A stretch of 64,000 bases of DNA from Dehalococcoidia bacterium (lineage in GTDB: Bacteria > Chloroflexota > Dehalococcoidia > CAUJGQ01), in NCBI GenBank assembly GCA_035310145.1, contig DATGEL010000003.1, positions 4,779-68,778 on the forward strand. Direction: 5' to 3'. The notes below the pieces were generated by a model. The model ran no database searches. It was not told where the DNA came from and worked only from the letters and a program-made list of their open reading frames with translations. This document shows positions 41,464 through 51,214 of this stretch, piece by piece (position 1 is the stretch's first letter; every line of letters begins with the position of its first letter). The position numbers were made by a program, and so were the translations under genes.

Positions 41464-42390
41464 ATGCGCTTCGGCATCGTGCTCCCGCACTTTCGCGCTG
41501 TGGCCGGCGCCGCCGCCATCCGCGACGTGGCGCAGGCCGCCGATTCGCTGGGCTTCGATTCGATCTGGATCACCGATCGCGCCGCCATTCCGCGCGGCGA
41601 GGTGAACCGCCGCTTCGGTCCGGCCTTCTACGATCCGCTGGTCACGCTCGGTTACGTCGCGGCCTGCACCACGCGCGTGCGGCTGGGCGCCACGGTGTTC
41701 GTGCTGCCGTTTCGTCATCCGGTGCTGATGGCCCGCGCCATCGCTTCGCTCGACCAGCTCTGCGGCGGACGGCTGGACGTCGGCGTGGGCACGGGCTGGA
41801 TGCGCGAGGAGTTCGACGCGATCGGCGTGCCGTTTGAGCAGCGCGGCGCCCTCACCGACGAATATCTTGACGCGATGATCGCCCTCTGGAGTGCGCCCGT
41901 CGCCTCGTTCGCCGGACCGACGGTGCGCTTCGAGAATCTGCACGCTGAGCCGCTGCCCGTGCAGCAGCCGCACCCGCCGATCTGGGTGGGCGGCCGCACG
42001 CCGCCCGCCTACCGGCGCGCGATCAAATACGGCCAGGTGTGGCACGCCTCGCCCGTCGGCCTCTCCGAGCTGTTGCCCGCCATCGCGGGGCTGCGCGAGA
42101 CGGCGAAGCGGCTTGGCCGCGACCCGGAGACTATCGCCCTGACGACGCGGGCGCCGCTGTACTTCGAACTGACGTCGCATCGGTTCGGGGAAAGTGAGCC
42201 GCCGGAGATGCCGATCGGCACGCCGGACGCGGTGCTCGCCACGCTGCGCCGCTACCAGGCAGCCGGCTTCTCCGAAATCGTCTTCGACACGTTCTTCGCC
42301 GGCTTTCCCGAGCTGGAGGGCGCCACGCCGGACGGGATTCTGCAGACGATGTCGCAGTTCACGCGGGTGGTGCGGCCCGCCTTCCCCTGA
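41464..42390 (+). CDS. Luciferase-like monooxygenase (LLM) class flavin/F420-dependent oxidoreductase.
   Basis: MRFGIVLP..., FDSIWITD, and VGVGTGWMREEF, typical of LLM TIM-barrel enzymes. Confidence 0.7.
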   Translation: MRFGIVLPHFRAVAGAAAIRDVAQAADSLGFDSIWITDRAAIPRGEVNRRFGPAFYDPLVTLGYVAACTTRVRLGATVFVLPFRHPVLMARAIASLDQLCGGRLDVGVGTGWMREEFDAIGVPFEQRGALTDEYLDAMIALWSAPVASFAGPTVRFENLHAEPLPVQQPHPPIWVGGRTPPAYRRAIKYGQVWHASPVGLSELLPAIAGLRETAKRLGRDPETIALTTRAPLYFELTSHRFGESEPPEMPIGTPDAVLATLRRYQAAGFSEIVFDTFFAGFPELEGATPDGILQTMSQFTRVVRPAFP

Positions 42391-42505
42391 TCGCAACGGG
42401 CCAGGCGGCCGATGCTATAAGCAGACGAGCTCATCGCCGGTGCGATGCAGTTCCCGGCGTTGGCGTACGATAGGTAAGCACGCGCCGCAGCGAGGGAGAC
42501 CAGGG

Positions 42506-43321
42506 ATGACCACTGACACAAACAGCTCCGAGATGCCGATGGCGTTTCCGCCGGTTCAGCCCGAGCGCTACGACTGGGAAGCGGTCGTCGACGAGCTCAA
42601 CCGCCTGCTGCGGCTGCGCACCACGCCGATCGGCATGAAACTGTTCGAGACCGTGGCCGAGATGGAGGCGATTCCGCGCATTCGGCGGCCTAAGGCGATC
42701 CATACGACCGATCAGATCGTGGCGCAGGCTGCCCGGCTCGGTTGGACCGTCGGCATCACCAACGACGACCTCGTAGGCGCGCAGTGCGGCGCCGTGATCG
42801 GCCTGCATCCGCAGGACGCGGACTGGCTCTCCGGCAGGCGCATGGCCGGCGTCTGGTTCGACACGCTGGAGAACTCGGCGGCGCACCAGGCGGCGATGGA
42901 CGTGGTGCCCTACGGCCGCTTCACGGCGCTGGCCGTCTCGCCGCTGACCTCGGGCCGGCTCGATCCGCCGGACGTTTGCCTGATCTACGGCACGCCCGGG
43001 CAGATGATCATCCTGATCAACGGCCTGCAGTGGACGGGCTACCGCAAGTTCGAGTGGGGCGTGGTGGGCGAGTCGGCCTGCGCCGACTCGTGGGGCCGGG
43101 CGCTGAAGACGGGCGAGCCGAGCCTCTCCATCCCCTGCTACGCCGAGCGGCGTTACGGCGGCGTGCTGGACGACGAGCTGCTGATGGCGATTCCGCCGCG
43201 CTTCCTGCCCGGCGCGATCGAGGGGATGAAGCGCATTGCCAGGAACGGTCTGCGCTACCCGATCCCGCAGTACGGCATCCAGAGCGACGTCCGCGCCGGC
43301 CTGGCCTACAGCTACGGGTGA
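42506..43321 (+). CDS. DUF169 (COG2043) family protein.
   Basis: PIGMKLF, GTPGQMIILINGLQW, ESACADSWGRAL, PCYAERRY, and DDELLMAIPPRFLPGAIEGMKRIARNGLRYP, all consistent with archaeal DUF169 members. GGGAG RBS. Confidence 0.7.
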   Translation: MTTDTNSSEMPMAFPPVQPERYDWEAVVDELNRLLRLRTTPIGMKLFETVAEMEAIPRIRRPKAIHTTDQIVAQAARLGWTVGITNDDLVGAQCGAVIGLHPQDADWLSGRRMAGVWFDTLENSAAHQAAMDVVPYGRFTALAVSPLTSGRLDPPDVCLIYGTPGQMIILINGLQWTGYRKFEWGVVGESACADSWGRALKTGEPSLSIPCYAERRYGGVLDDELLMAIPPRFLPGAIEGMKRIARNGLRYPIPQYGIQSDVRAGLAYSYG

Positions 43322-43450
43322 TCGTCGGGAGTCGTATGGAGGCTGTTGGGCGCAGTGAAACGTCACCACGGTCCGACCGTTTACGCTGCGGTTCCTGTGG
43401 TTCTAGTTTGATGAGGATGCACCCGCGCCGAACCGAGCGAGAGGACGGCT

Positions 43451-44533
43451 ATGCGCGTCCTGCTGCACCTGCTGCCGCTGATCAGCGTCTTCGTGCTCGC
43501 CTGTGGCGGTGGGTCGCACCACGCCACACACGCGCCGGCGAGCAATGCGAGCTTCGTGGCTCCACAGGCGCTAGCCGCCACGCCGCGCGTCGCGCCGCCC
43601 ACGACAGGCACACCGGCGCCCGCCGCGCTCGTGATGCCCGCCGGACTGCAGGACGTGGGCCAGTTCGTGGTGAGCGCGAGCGGCCCGGTACAGGCCGAGA
43701 ACCGCGCGGCCACGATGGTGTTGCACCTCAGGCGAGGCGACGAGATTCACTTTCCGCCGAGCATGACGTGGGGAACGCTCCCCAACGTCGGGCTGTCCGC
43801 ACCGCACTGGATTGGCGCGGCCGTTCGGCTGTCCGGCCACCTCCTCTACCTCACCGGTGAAACGGGCTTTGGGCCTGGCGATGCTGCATTCGACCGCGCG
43901 GACGACCGCACCTTTCGCGTGACTATGCCCGGCGAAGTGCTCTTCTGGGCGAATGAAGACGGGGTGCGAAACGAAGGCGGCACGCTGGCGGACTACCCGA
44001 TCGCCGTCGATGCCGCCGGCCATCTCTGGCTCGGGCCTCTGCCCGTGCCGCCGAACAGCGTAGTGGACTACAACACCGGCGTTGGGCTCGATCTCGGCGG
44101 CATGAAGCGGGTCGGCTGGCTGCCGTCCGCGGGGAACACCGGCGCCTTCTTCTTCACGACTTGCGGACCGGCGACCTGCGGCTATACCGACCGGCTCGCG
44201 ACCACGCTGACCTCACCCATCACAGGCACGCTCACCTGCCGCTCCGGCACGAACTTTGATCTCGTCGGCGACGGCTATCGGCTGCTGTTTCGAGATACGG
44301 CGACGCTGATCCGGCCGCGAGACAGCACGCCGACTGCAACGCCGGCCGCTGCCTGCGGCCAGAGCTTCGCCATTCAAGCGGGTGAGCCGGTTGACGACAC
44401 GGGAGCCCACTACTTCGTGACCGCCGTTGCAAGCGACGGTGAGCCGCTCTCGGTCGTCGTCGCCTACGACGGCACGCTGTATGTGGGGCATCTGACGGCG
44501 CCGCCGCTTGAAGGGCCGAGTCGCGCCCTTTGA
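43451..44533 (+). CDS. Hypothetical lipoprotein.
   Basis: Signal peptide with lipobox VFVLACGGG; GAGAGG RBS. Confidence 0.55.
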   Translation: MRVLLHLLPLISVFVLACGGGSHHATHAPASNASFVAPQALAATPRVAPPTTGTPAPAALVMPAGLQDVGQFVVSASGPVQAENRAATMVLHLRRGDEIHFPPSMTWGTLPNVGLSAPHWIGAAVRLSGHLLYLTGETGFGPGDAAFDRADDRTFRVTMPGEVLFWANEDGVRNEGGTLADYPIAVDAAGHLWLGPLPVPPNSVVDYNTGVGLDLGGMKRVGWLPSAGNTGAFFFTTCGPATCGYTDRLATTLTSPITGTLTCRSGTNFDLVGDGYRLLFRDTATLIRPRDSTPTATPAAACGQSFAIQAGEPVDDTGAHYFVTAVASDGEPLSVVVAYDGTLYVGHLTAPPLEGPSRAL

Positions 44534-44619
44534 GCCGGCGTGGCGGCCGACGCGCGTGCGCGATTCGGCGTATGATAAGCCACATTCAGGCGCGGTGTTC
44601 AGCGCAAAGGAGCCTCCGC

Positions 44620-45144
44620 ATGGCGCGCGTGGTTGGCCTCGGGCACGTCGGCATTTACGTCCAGGATCTCGAAAAGATGGTGGCGTTCTACCGCGACCTG
44701 CTCGGCATGCAGGTGACGAAGCAGAACTGGGAGGCCGGCGCCGTCTTCCTCAGCTCGGATCCCGCGCGCAGCGACCACGAGATCGCGCTGATGCGCGGCC
44801 GGCCCAGCGCCGAGGATCCGCACCTGATCAATCAGATCTCCATGCGCGTGGTCAGCCTCGCGGATCTGCGCGAGATGTACCGCGCGATCAAGGCCGGCGG
44901 CTACAGGATCCACCGCGTGGTCAGCCACGCCAGCGCGATCGGCTGCTACTTCGCCGACCCGGAGAACAACACGACCGAAGTCTTCTGGGTGACGAGCCGG
45001 CCCTGCTGGGTGATGGCCGGCGATCCGATCGATCTGGAGCAGCCGGACGAGGTGATCATGGCGCAGGTCGATCGCCAGTGGGAGCGGCTGCGCGACGTGC
45101 CCGTCGGCGGTGTGCCGCTGCCCGCGGCGGCGCCGGCGGGTTAA
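44620..45144 (+). CDS. VOC family protein (glyoxalase/dioxygenase fold).
   Basis: MARVVGLGHVGIYVQDLEKMVAFYRDLLGMQV. AAAGGAG RBS. Confidence 0.65.
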   Translation: MARVVGLGHVGIYVQDLEKMVAFYRDLLGMQVTKQNWEAGAVFLSSDPARSDHEIALMRGRPSAEDPHLINQISMRVVSLADLREMYRAIKAGGYRIHRVVSHASAIGCYFADPENNTTEVFWVTSRPCWVMAGDPIDLEQPDEVIMAQVDRQWERLRDVPVGGVPLPAAAPAG

Positions 45145-45159
45145 CCAGGTTGCCCACCG

Positions 45160-45783
45160 CTACCGGCCCAGGTCGCCGCAGATGCCGCCCGCCTGGATCA
45201 GCAGGTCTTCCAGTTCCGCCTGCCAGGCGAGGGCGGCGCGGCGCTTCTCGCGCGTGTCCGCTAGCTCCTCGTAGATCGCCTGGCCCCACTTCAGGTGCTC
45301 CTCCTCCTCCAGCAGGATGTGGCGGAGGATACGCACCGTGGGCGCGTCGCAAACCTGGTCCGTCACCAGCGCGTGATGGCGGTAGTAGACGCAGAGCTGC
45401 GTCTTCAGCACGCGGTAGAGGCCGACGAGCCGCAGCAGCGGCTCGGTCTGGAGCTGCATCGTCTCGACGAACTTCACGAACTGCTCGTTGGGCGGCTCCA
45501 TCTTGTAGCTGCTGCGCAGCGTAGGGGGCGCCTCGATGTCGGCGCCCTCGGTGACGCGCAGCTCGGGCAGGCGTTGCCCCAGCCAGAACCAGTGCACCGA
45601 GTCCTGGTAGCAGTGCTCGCCCAGGGCAAATTTGGCCTTGATCTGCGGCATGGTTGAGGCCCAGGCGCCCGCCGCCGTCATGCAGGCGTGCTCGGCGAAG
45701 CGGTAATGCAACAGCCGGCGGCCGTTCTCGTCCACCGAGAAGGCGCCGCCGACGGTGCGCGGGTCGATGCAAAGCTCGGGCAT
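45160..45783 (-). CDS. Hypothetical helical protein with a possible ExxH metal-binding motif, last gene of the diiron/ferredoxin cluster.
   Basis: LLEEEEHLKWG and FAEHACM. It starts 7 nt after the ferredoxin stop. Confidence 0.45.
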   Translation of the reverse strand: MPELCIDPRTVGGAFSVDENGRRLLHYRFAEHACMTAAGAWASTMPQIKAKFALGEHCYQDSVHWFWLGQRLPELRVTEGADIEAPPTLRSSYKMEPPNEQFVKFVETMQLQTEPLLRLVGLYRVLKTQLCVYYRHHALVTDQVCDAPTVRILRHILLEEEEHLKWGQAIYEELADTREKRRAALAWQAELEDLLIQAGGICGDLGR

Positions 45784-45790
45784 GCGGTCT

Positions 45791-46132
45791 TCACCTCGAA
45801 GGGCCGGCGTCTGCCGGCCGCGCCCGTACCCCTGCCGCCGCCGCTTCCGCCCGGAGCTTGCGTTGCTGCGCGGTTTGGCGCTGTCTTCGGGCCCAGGCGC
45901 GGGCGTGCGCTTTGGCCGCCTCCAGGTCGATCGGATCGTGCCGGTACTCCTGGTCGTAGCTGATCACGTCCACCGGGCAGACGCGGGCGCAGATGCCGCA
46001 GTCGATGCAACCCTCAGGCCTGATCACGTGCGTGCGCTGGCGCGTCAGGAAGAACGCGATCGTTTCCGTTGGGCAGGCGCGGCGGCACCAGCCGCAGTTG
46101 ATGCAGCCTTCCAGGGCAATGCGGTAGGTCAT
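45791..46132 (-). CDS. 2[4Fe-4S] ferredoxin.
   Basis: CINCGWCRRACP and CIDCGICARVCP (two CxxCxxCxxxCP motifs), with a basic C-terminal tail. Confidence 0.8.
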   Translation of the reverse strand: MTYRIALEGCINCGWCRRACPTETIAFFLTRQRTHVIRPEGCIDCGICARVCPVDVISYDQEYRHDPIDLEAAKAHARAWARRQRQTAQQRKLRAEAAAAGVRARPADAGPSR

Positions 46133-46147
46133 ACCTGGTCCTGAATG

Positions 46148-46945
46148 CTAGCCCAGCGCCGTGCTGGCGCGGTCGGCTTCTTCGGCGAAGAAGGCGCGGA
46201 TCTCGTCCTTCTGTTCACCGCTGAGCTGGGCACGGATCTGCTCAAATTTCGCGTGGGCGCGCAGGGCGCGGCCCTCCTGCGCCGGGTCCGCCGCGCATAG
46301 CTCCTTCACGAAGTAGTCGCCAATCGCCGTGTGCGTGACTTCGTCGGCCCAGTTGTAATCGTAGACGTGCTGCATCAGCGCATCGCCGATTCGGCCGCCC
46401 AGCTCGCTGGTGGCCTGGAACAGCGCCAGCGCCTCGCCCTCGAGCGAGACATTGGTCGTTTCCAGGCTGATTAGCGGGTCCTGCGGGTTGTCGCCCAGCG
46501 CCAGTTCGAGCATCTGCCGCACCTGGCCGCCGCCACCGCCCAACGTGTCCGGATACTCGTCGATCTTTCCGCCGTACGAGTCGAGCAGGCCCAGGGCGAG
46601 CTGCGCGTGGCGCACCTCGTCCCAGGTCTGGCGGGCCATCGCCATGATCAGCTCGGGCGGCACGTTCCAGTCCTGCCACTCAGCCACTTTGCGGCTGAAG
46701 GCGTCCACTCCGGCGAACTCGGCGCTGGCGATGCCGCAGACCATCGCCTTGCGGAACTCGACGTTCGCTGGGTCTGCCTGCACCATGTCGCGCAGCAAGC
46801 CGATCTCGTAGTTGGCGGCGTCGCCCAGCTTCTCGGCCAACGCCGCGCGCTCGGCGGCGGGGAGCAGCATCGCCGGACGGTAGGGAGGCTCGCGTTGCGG
46901 CATCGACTGCTGCAGTTGCTCGCTCAAGCGGGATCGCGTCACCAT
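46148..46945 (-). CDS. Ferritin-like diiron-carboxylate domain protein.
   Basis: Four-helix pattern E...ExxH...E...ExxH: AEFAGVD, WDEVRHAQL, LEGEAL, ADEVTHTAIG. Confidence 0.6.
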   Translation of the reverse strand: MVTRSRLSEQLQQSMPQREPPYRPAMLLPAAERAALAEKLGDAANYEIGLLRDMVQADPANVEFRKAMVCGIASAEFAGVDAFSRKVAEWQDWNVPPELIMAMARQTWDEVRHAQLALGLLDSYGGKIDEYPDTLGGGGGQVRQMLELALGDNPQDPLISLETTNVSLEGEALALFQATSELGGRIGDALMQHVYDYNWADEVTHTAIGDYFVKELCAADPAQEGRALRAHAKFEQIRAQLSGEQKDEIRAFFAEEADRASTALG

Positions 46946-47086
46946 CGCGCTCCTCCGTGCCTGCCGGCCGCCTGTCGCCTGCGTGGGCGGCGCGACGTAG
47001 AATCAACGCGCATAACCGCGGAAACGCCCGGCCGGGCGATGCCTCTACGATACGCGCAAAAAGCAGTTGTGTAAAGGGCAAATAGT

Positions 47087-47548
47087 ATGGCGCATGATCG
47101 TGCGGCGCTCGTCGGGGCGGCGCGGCTCTACGGTGAGGCGGTGGCAATTGTGGACCCGCTGCGGGCGCGCCTCTGGGCGGAGTGCGGCCTGACCGTGCCC
47201 CAGTTGCGACTGATGTTCATGCTGCGCGAGGAGCCCGGCAGCACCGGCAGCCTGCTTGCTGAACGGTTCGGCGTCAATCCCTCGACGATCACGGGTCACG
47301 TCGAGAAGCTGCTGCAGCGCGAGCTCGTCTGGCGCGAAGAAGACGAGCAGGACCGGCGCGTACAGCACAACTACCTGACGGAGCTGGGCGCCGACCTAAC
47401 CGGCCGGCTCGAGCGTGCCGCCGGCCATTACGTGATCGAGATCCTCGGCCGGCTTACGGAGTCGCAACTGGCCCGGCTCACGGAAGCGCTCGGCGATCTC
47501 GTTATGGCAGCCAGAGCCGGGCCGGCGGCTGCAACCCATTCGGGCTAG
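47087..47548 (+). CDS. MarR-family transcriptional regulator, divergent from the diiron/ferredoxin cluster.
   Basis: LTVPQLRLMFMLREEPGSTGSLLAERFGVNPSTITGHVEKLLQRELVWREEDEQDRR winged-HTH. AT-rich upstream region. Confidence 0.8.
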   Translation: MAHDRAALVGAARLYGEAVAIVDPLRARLWAECGLTVPQLRLMFMLREEPGSTGSLLAERFGVNPSTITGHVEKLLQRELVWREEDEQDRRVQHNYLTELGADLTGRLERAAGHYVIEILGRLTESQLARLTEALGDLVMAARAGPAAATHSG

Positions 47549-47662
47549 CGTGATAGTCTTTTGTCACCACGTCCTTGTAATCTCTTAACGACTCACGCGC
47601 CCGCCGATGATAGTACTCAGTCAGCGGATCACCGTACACACCGCGCGAGGAGCCGATCGCTG

Positions 47663-48208
47663 GTGACAGTTTCGCAGGCCGCCACGCGCCGCCGTGAGCC
47701 CTCGGTCTCCTGGCAGGCGATCCGCTTCGGCATGATTGGGCTCAGCGGCACGGTAATCTCCTTTGTGCTCTTCACCCTGCTCAATCAGCAGCTTGGCTGG
47801 CGTGTGATCGTCGCCAATCCGATCGCCTACGGTGCCGGCATCGTCAACAACTACTTCTGGAACCGCATCTGGAACTACCGGCACGTCGAGCGGCGCAGCG
47901 TGCTGCATCAGGGTGGGCAGTTCGCGCTGATCAGCCTCGGCGCCCTCGTGCTGCACACGGGCATTCTCGGCTTCGCCACCCGCTGGGGCGTAGGCATCAA
48001 GCGAGATTTCTTCGTCTACTGCGCGGTCTACGCCGGCGCCACCGCCGTCTCATATGCGTGGAACTTCACGTTCAATCACCACATTACTTTCCGCGAACGG
48101 GCGCCGAAGACGCTGCAGGCGCTGGCCCACCCGCATGTGCCGCACCCGCATCTGCCGCACCTGCACCCAGAGAAGGAAGGCACGACGCTCGCGGGAGACG
48201 GCGATTAG
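47663..48208 (+). CDS. GtrA-family membrane protein.
   Basis: RFGMIGLSGTVISFVLFTLL...ANPIAYGAGIVNNYFWNRIWNYR. GTG start with a GAGGAG RBS. Confidence 0.7.
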   Translation: MTVSQAATRRREPSVSWQAIRFGMIGLSGTVISFVLFTLLNQQLGWRVIVANPIAYGAGIVNNYFWNRIWNYRHVERRSVLHQGGQFALISLGALVLHTGILGFATRWGVGIKRDFFVYCAVYAGATAVSYAWNFTFNHHITFRERAPKTLQALAHPHVPHPHLPHLHPEKEGTTLAGDGD

Positions 48209-49998
48209 CCCCCAGGTTGCTGACGTGCCCGCCGCGCCCGCTCCGAGCGGCCCTGCAGGCGCGAGGCGGCGCTGTATGAGCGCAGGATCGCGGAACGTTC
48301 CAGCACACCCACGTACTGTTCCCCGTGGCGGCGCACCACCGGCACGATCGGCATGAACGAGGCGGCGCCGGCCAGCGCCAGCGCAACCTCGTGCAACGTT
48401 TCGTCAGGGTCGAGCAGCGGCACGTCGCGCAGCGCCAGGTCACGTACACGGCGGTCCTCGAACTGCGTTTCGCCGGCGGCGTCCGCCCGTTCCAGCGCGG
48501 CCGCCACCTGGTCGAGGCTGAGCACGCCCTCGAAACGCCCGTCGCGATCGACCACCGGAAAAACCGTGCGGCCGCTGGTGCGCGCCTGCGCCATCGCCTG
48601 GCGCAGCGTGCGATCGGGCGCGATCGTCGGCCAGTCGCGGATCAGGACTTCGCGCACGCGGATGCGCGCCAGCGGGCTGAGGCGGATCAGCTCGCGGTCG
48701 ATGCCACGCAGGCGCAGCGGCAAGGTGTAGATCGACTCCGCGTGCAGCCGGCGGGCCAGCATCACACTTGCCGCCACCGCGGCGACGATCTGCGGCAGCA
48801 GGTTGAAATCGCGCGTGAACTCGCAGACCAGCAGCACCGCGGTGAGCGGCGCGTTGACGACGGCCGCCACCACCGTGCCCATGCCGACCAGCGTGTAAGC
48901 CGGCTCCGGGCTGGCGCCGCTCCAGACGCGGCCGACGATCGCGCCGAAGGCGCCGCCCAGCGTCGCGCCGATGAAGAGCGAGGGCGTGAACACGCCGCCC
49001 GTGGCGCCGGATCCCAGCGTGAAGCTGGTGGCCGCCAGCTTGGCAAGCGGCAGGGCAAGCAACAGGCCGGTTTCCAGGTGACCGTTCAGCGCCTGCTCGA
49101 TGCCGGTGTCACCGCTGCCGAGCACGCGCGGCAGAAACAGGCCGATGGCGCCCACCGCGAGCCCGCCGAGCGCCGGACCGAGCCAGAAGGGAATACGCGA
49201 CTGCTCGATGCGGCTGCCCAGCGAATGCACGGCCAGGAAGAGCGCCACGCCCAGCGGGGCCGCAATCAGCCCCAGCAGCAAGTCGAGCGGCACGTCCTGC
49301 CAGGGCGCCGGCGGCAGCGCGGGCGCCGTGATCACGTGCTCGACGCTGAACTGCTGCGCCACGGCAGTAGCGGCCACCGCGGCCAGCGCCAGCAGCGAGA
49401 AACGCCTCGGCTCCAGCTCCTCCAGCAGCACTTCGCTGGCGAAGGCGGCGCCGGTGAGCGGCGCATGGTACATGCCCGCGAGGCCGGCCCCGGCGCCGCA
49501 GGCCAGCAACGTGCGCAGCCGCGGCGCCGGCAGACGCAGGAGCTGGCCGAGCCCGGAGGAGAGCGCCGCGCCGATCTGGATGATCGGCCCCTCCGGCCCG
49601 GCCGAACCGCCGGAGCCGATCGTCACGGTCGAGCCGATCGCCGTGTGCACGCCGGCGATCCAGGGCAGGCGGCTCCCTCTCGTTTCCACGGCCACGATCA
49701 CCTCGGAGACGCCGTGGCCCGCCGGTGCGTGCAGCACGAAGCGCAGATAGAGGCCCACCAGCAGCCCGCCCGCCGCCGGCAGCAGCGCGACCTAGGGCCG
49801 GTCGAGCAGCGTGGCGGCGAGATCTACACCCTTAAACGAGCCGAAGAAGAGCTGGTTGGCGCCGTGCAGCAGCTCGCGGAAGCCGACCGCGACCAGCCCC
49901 ATGCCCGCGCCCGTGGCGACGACGAGCAGCAGAAAGCCGGCCTGCTCAGCCAACCCCGCCGATTCGACGCGCTCGCGCAGCCCCAGCCAGCGGCTCAT
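48205..49998 (-). pseudogene. ClC-family chloride channel/transporter with C-terminal CBS domains, interrupted by an in-frame TAG at 49792..49794.
   Basis: ORFs 49792..50127 and 48205..49758 are in the same frame, separated by a single amber codon (...TLLDRP*VALLPAAGG...). The pore motif GSGGSAGPEGP, GMYHAPLTG and C-terminal CBS pair are intact. Confidence 0.6.
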
Positions 49999-50101
49999 GA
50001 GGCTATTGTGAGAGCCAGCGCCGGCAGAGAACAGCGCACTCCGACCGATGCCCGCGCGATCCGATAGCCGCGGTCGGTGAGAAGCGATCTGGGGTGAGCG
50101 G

Positions 50102-51197
50102 ATGACGCGGCGCCAGCGGCCACTCAATCCTGCCCCCGACGCCGACGTGGCGGCGATCTTGCGTCGTGTGCCGAAGATCGAGCTGCACCTGCATCTGGAG
50201 GGCAGCCTGCGCCCGCAGACGGTGCGCGAGCAGGCGAACCGCTATGCGCCTGGGTCGCCGCTGGCGCAGCCCGGCTGGGAGCGCGACTTCTGGCGCTTCA
50301 CGGATCTACCGAGCTTCATCCCCGAGTTCGGCACAGTGTTGCGTACGACGATTCGATCGGCCGCCGACTACTACCGCGTCGCCCGCGAATGCTTCGAGGA
50401 TCTCGTGGCGCAGAACGTGATCTACGCGGAGCCGAGCTTCGGTCCGCGCACGCCCGGACAGCCGTTCTACGTGCCCCTCGGCGAGACGCTGGCGGCGATC
50501 GACCAGGCGCGGCGCGAGGTGGAAGCGCGGAAGCCGCTGCGGATCGGGCTGATCCTCGGCTTCAGCCGCACCCATCTCATGCCCGATGGCCAGAGCGCCG
50601 CCACGCTGGCGCGCGACTGGTTGGAGGAGGCGCTGGCCGCTCGCAAGGGCGGCCTGCCGCTCTGCGGCGTCGATCTGCACGGCGATGAGCGGGGGGGCGC
50701 CCGACGCAGGCATCTTTCGCGACGTGTTTCGCGCGGCCGCGGCAGCCGGGCTCGGACGTCGCGTCCATGCGGGCGAAGGCGCCGGGCCGCGAAGCGTGCG
50801 CGACTGCCTGCAAGATCTGCGGCCGCGGCGCCTCGCGCACGGCGTGCGGGCGGTCGAGGATCCTGAGCTGCTGGCCACGCTGTCGCGGCAGCGCGTTGCG
50901 CTCGACGTCTGCCCGACGAGCAACCTGCGGCTGGGCGTCGTGCCCGCGCTCGAACAGCATCCGATTCGCGCACTGGTGGCGGCCGGCGTCCCCGTCACCG
51001 TCAGCTCGGACGACCCGCTGCCGTTTCAGACCAACCTCAGCAAGGAGCTTGGCCTGCTGCATGACCGGCTCGGCTTCACGCTGCCGGCGTTGCGTGAGCT
51101 GACCCTGCACGCTGCGCGGCACAGCTTCTTGCCGGAGGCGGAGCGTGCGGCACTGGCGGCAGTGGTTCGTGCCGGCTGGCCGGCGGGCGAGGTGTAG
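50102..51197 (+). pseudogene. add: Adenosine/AMP deaminase family gene with a +1 frameshift in a G7 homopolymer (50691..50697).
   Basis: The N-terminal half in frame A has IELHLHLEGSLRP...CGVDLHGDERG. The C-terminal half in frame B has APDAGIFRDVF...HAGE...CPTSN...SSDDPLPF. Removing one G restores ...HGDERGAPDAGIF.... Confidence 0.65.
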
Positions 51198-51214
51198 CGG
51201 CCGCGGGCCAACCG

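Noticed and set aside
49792-49794. The in-frame TAG in the ClC gene as a possible pyrrolysine codon.
   Set aside because: There is no Pyl machinery or context in this window, and the position is not a conserved functional residue. Pseudogene, error or reinitiation are far more likely.
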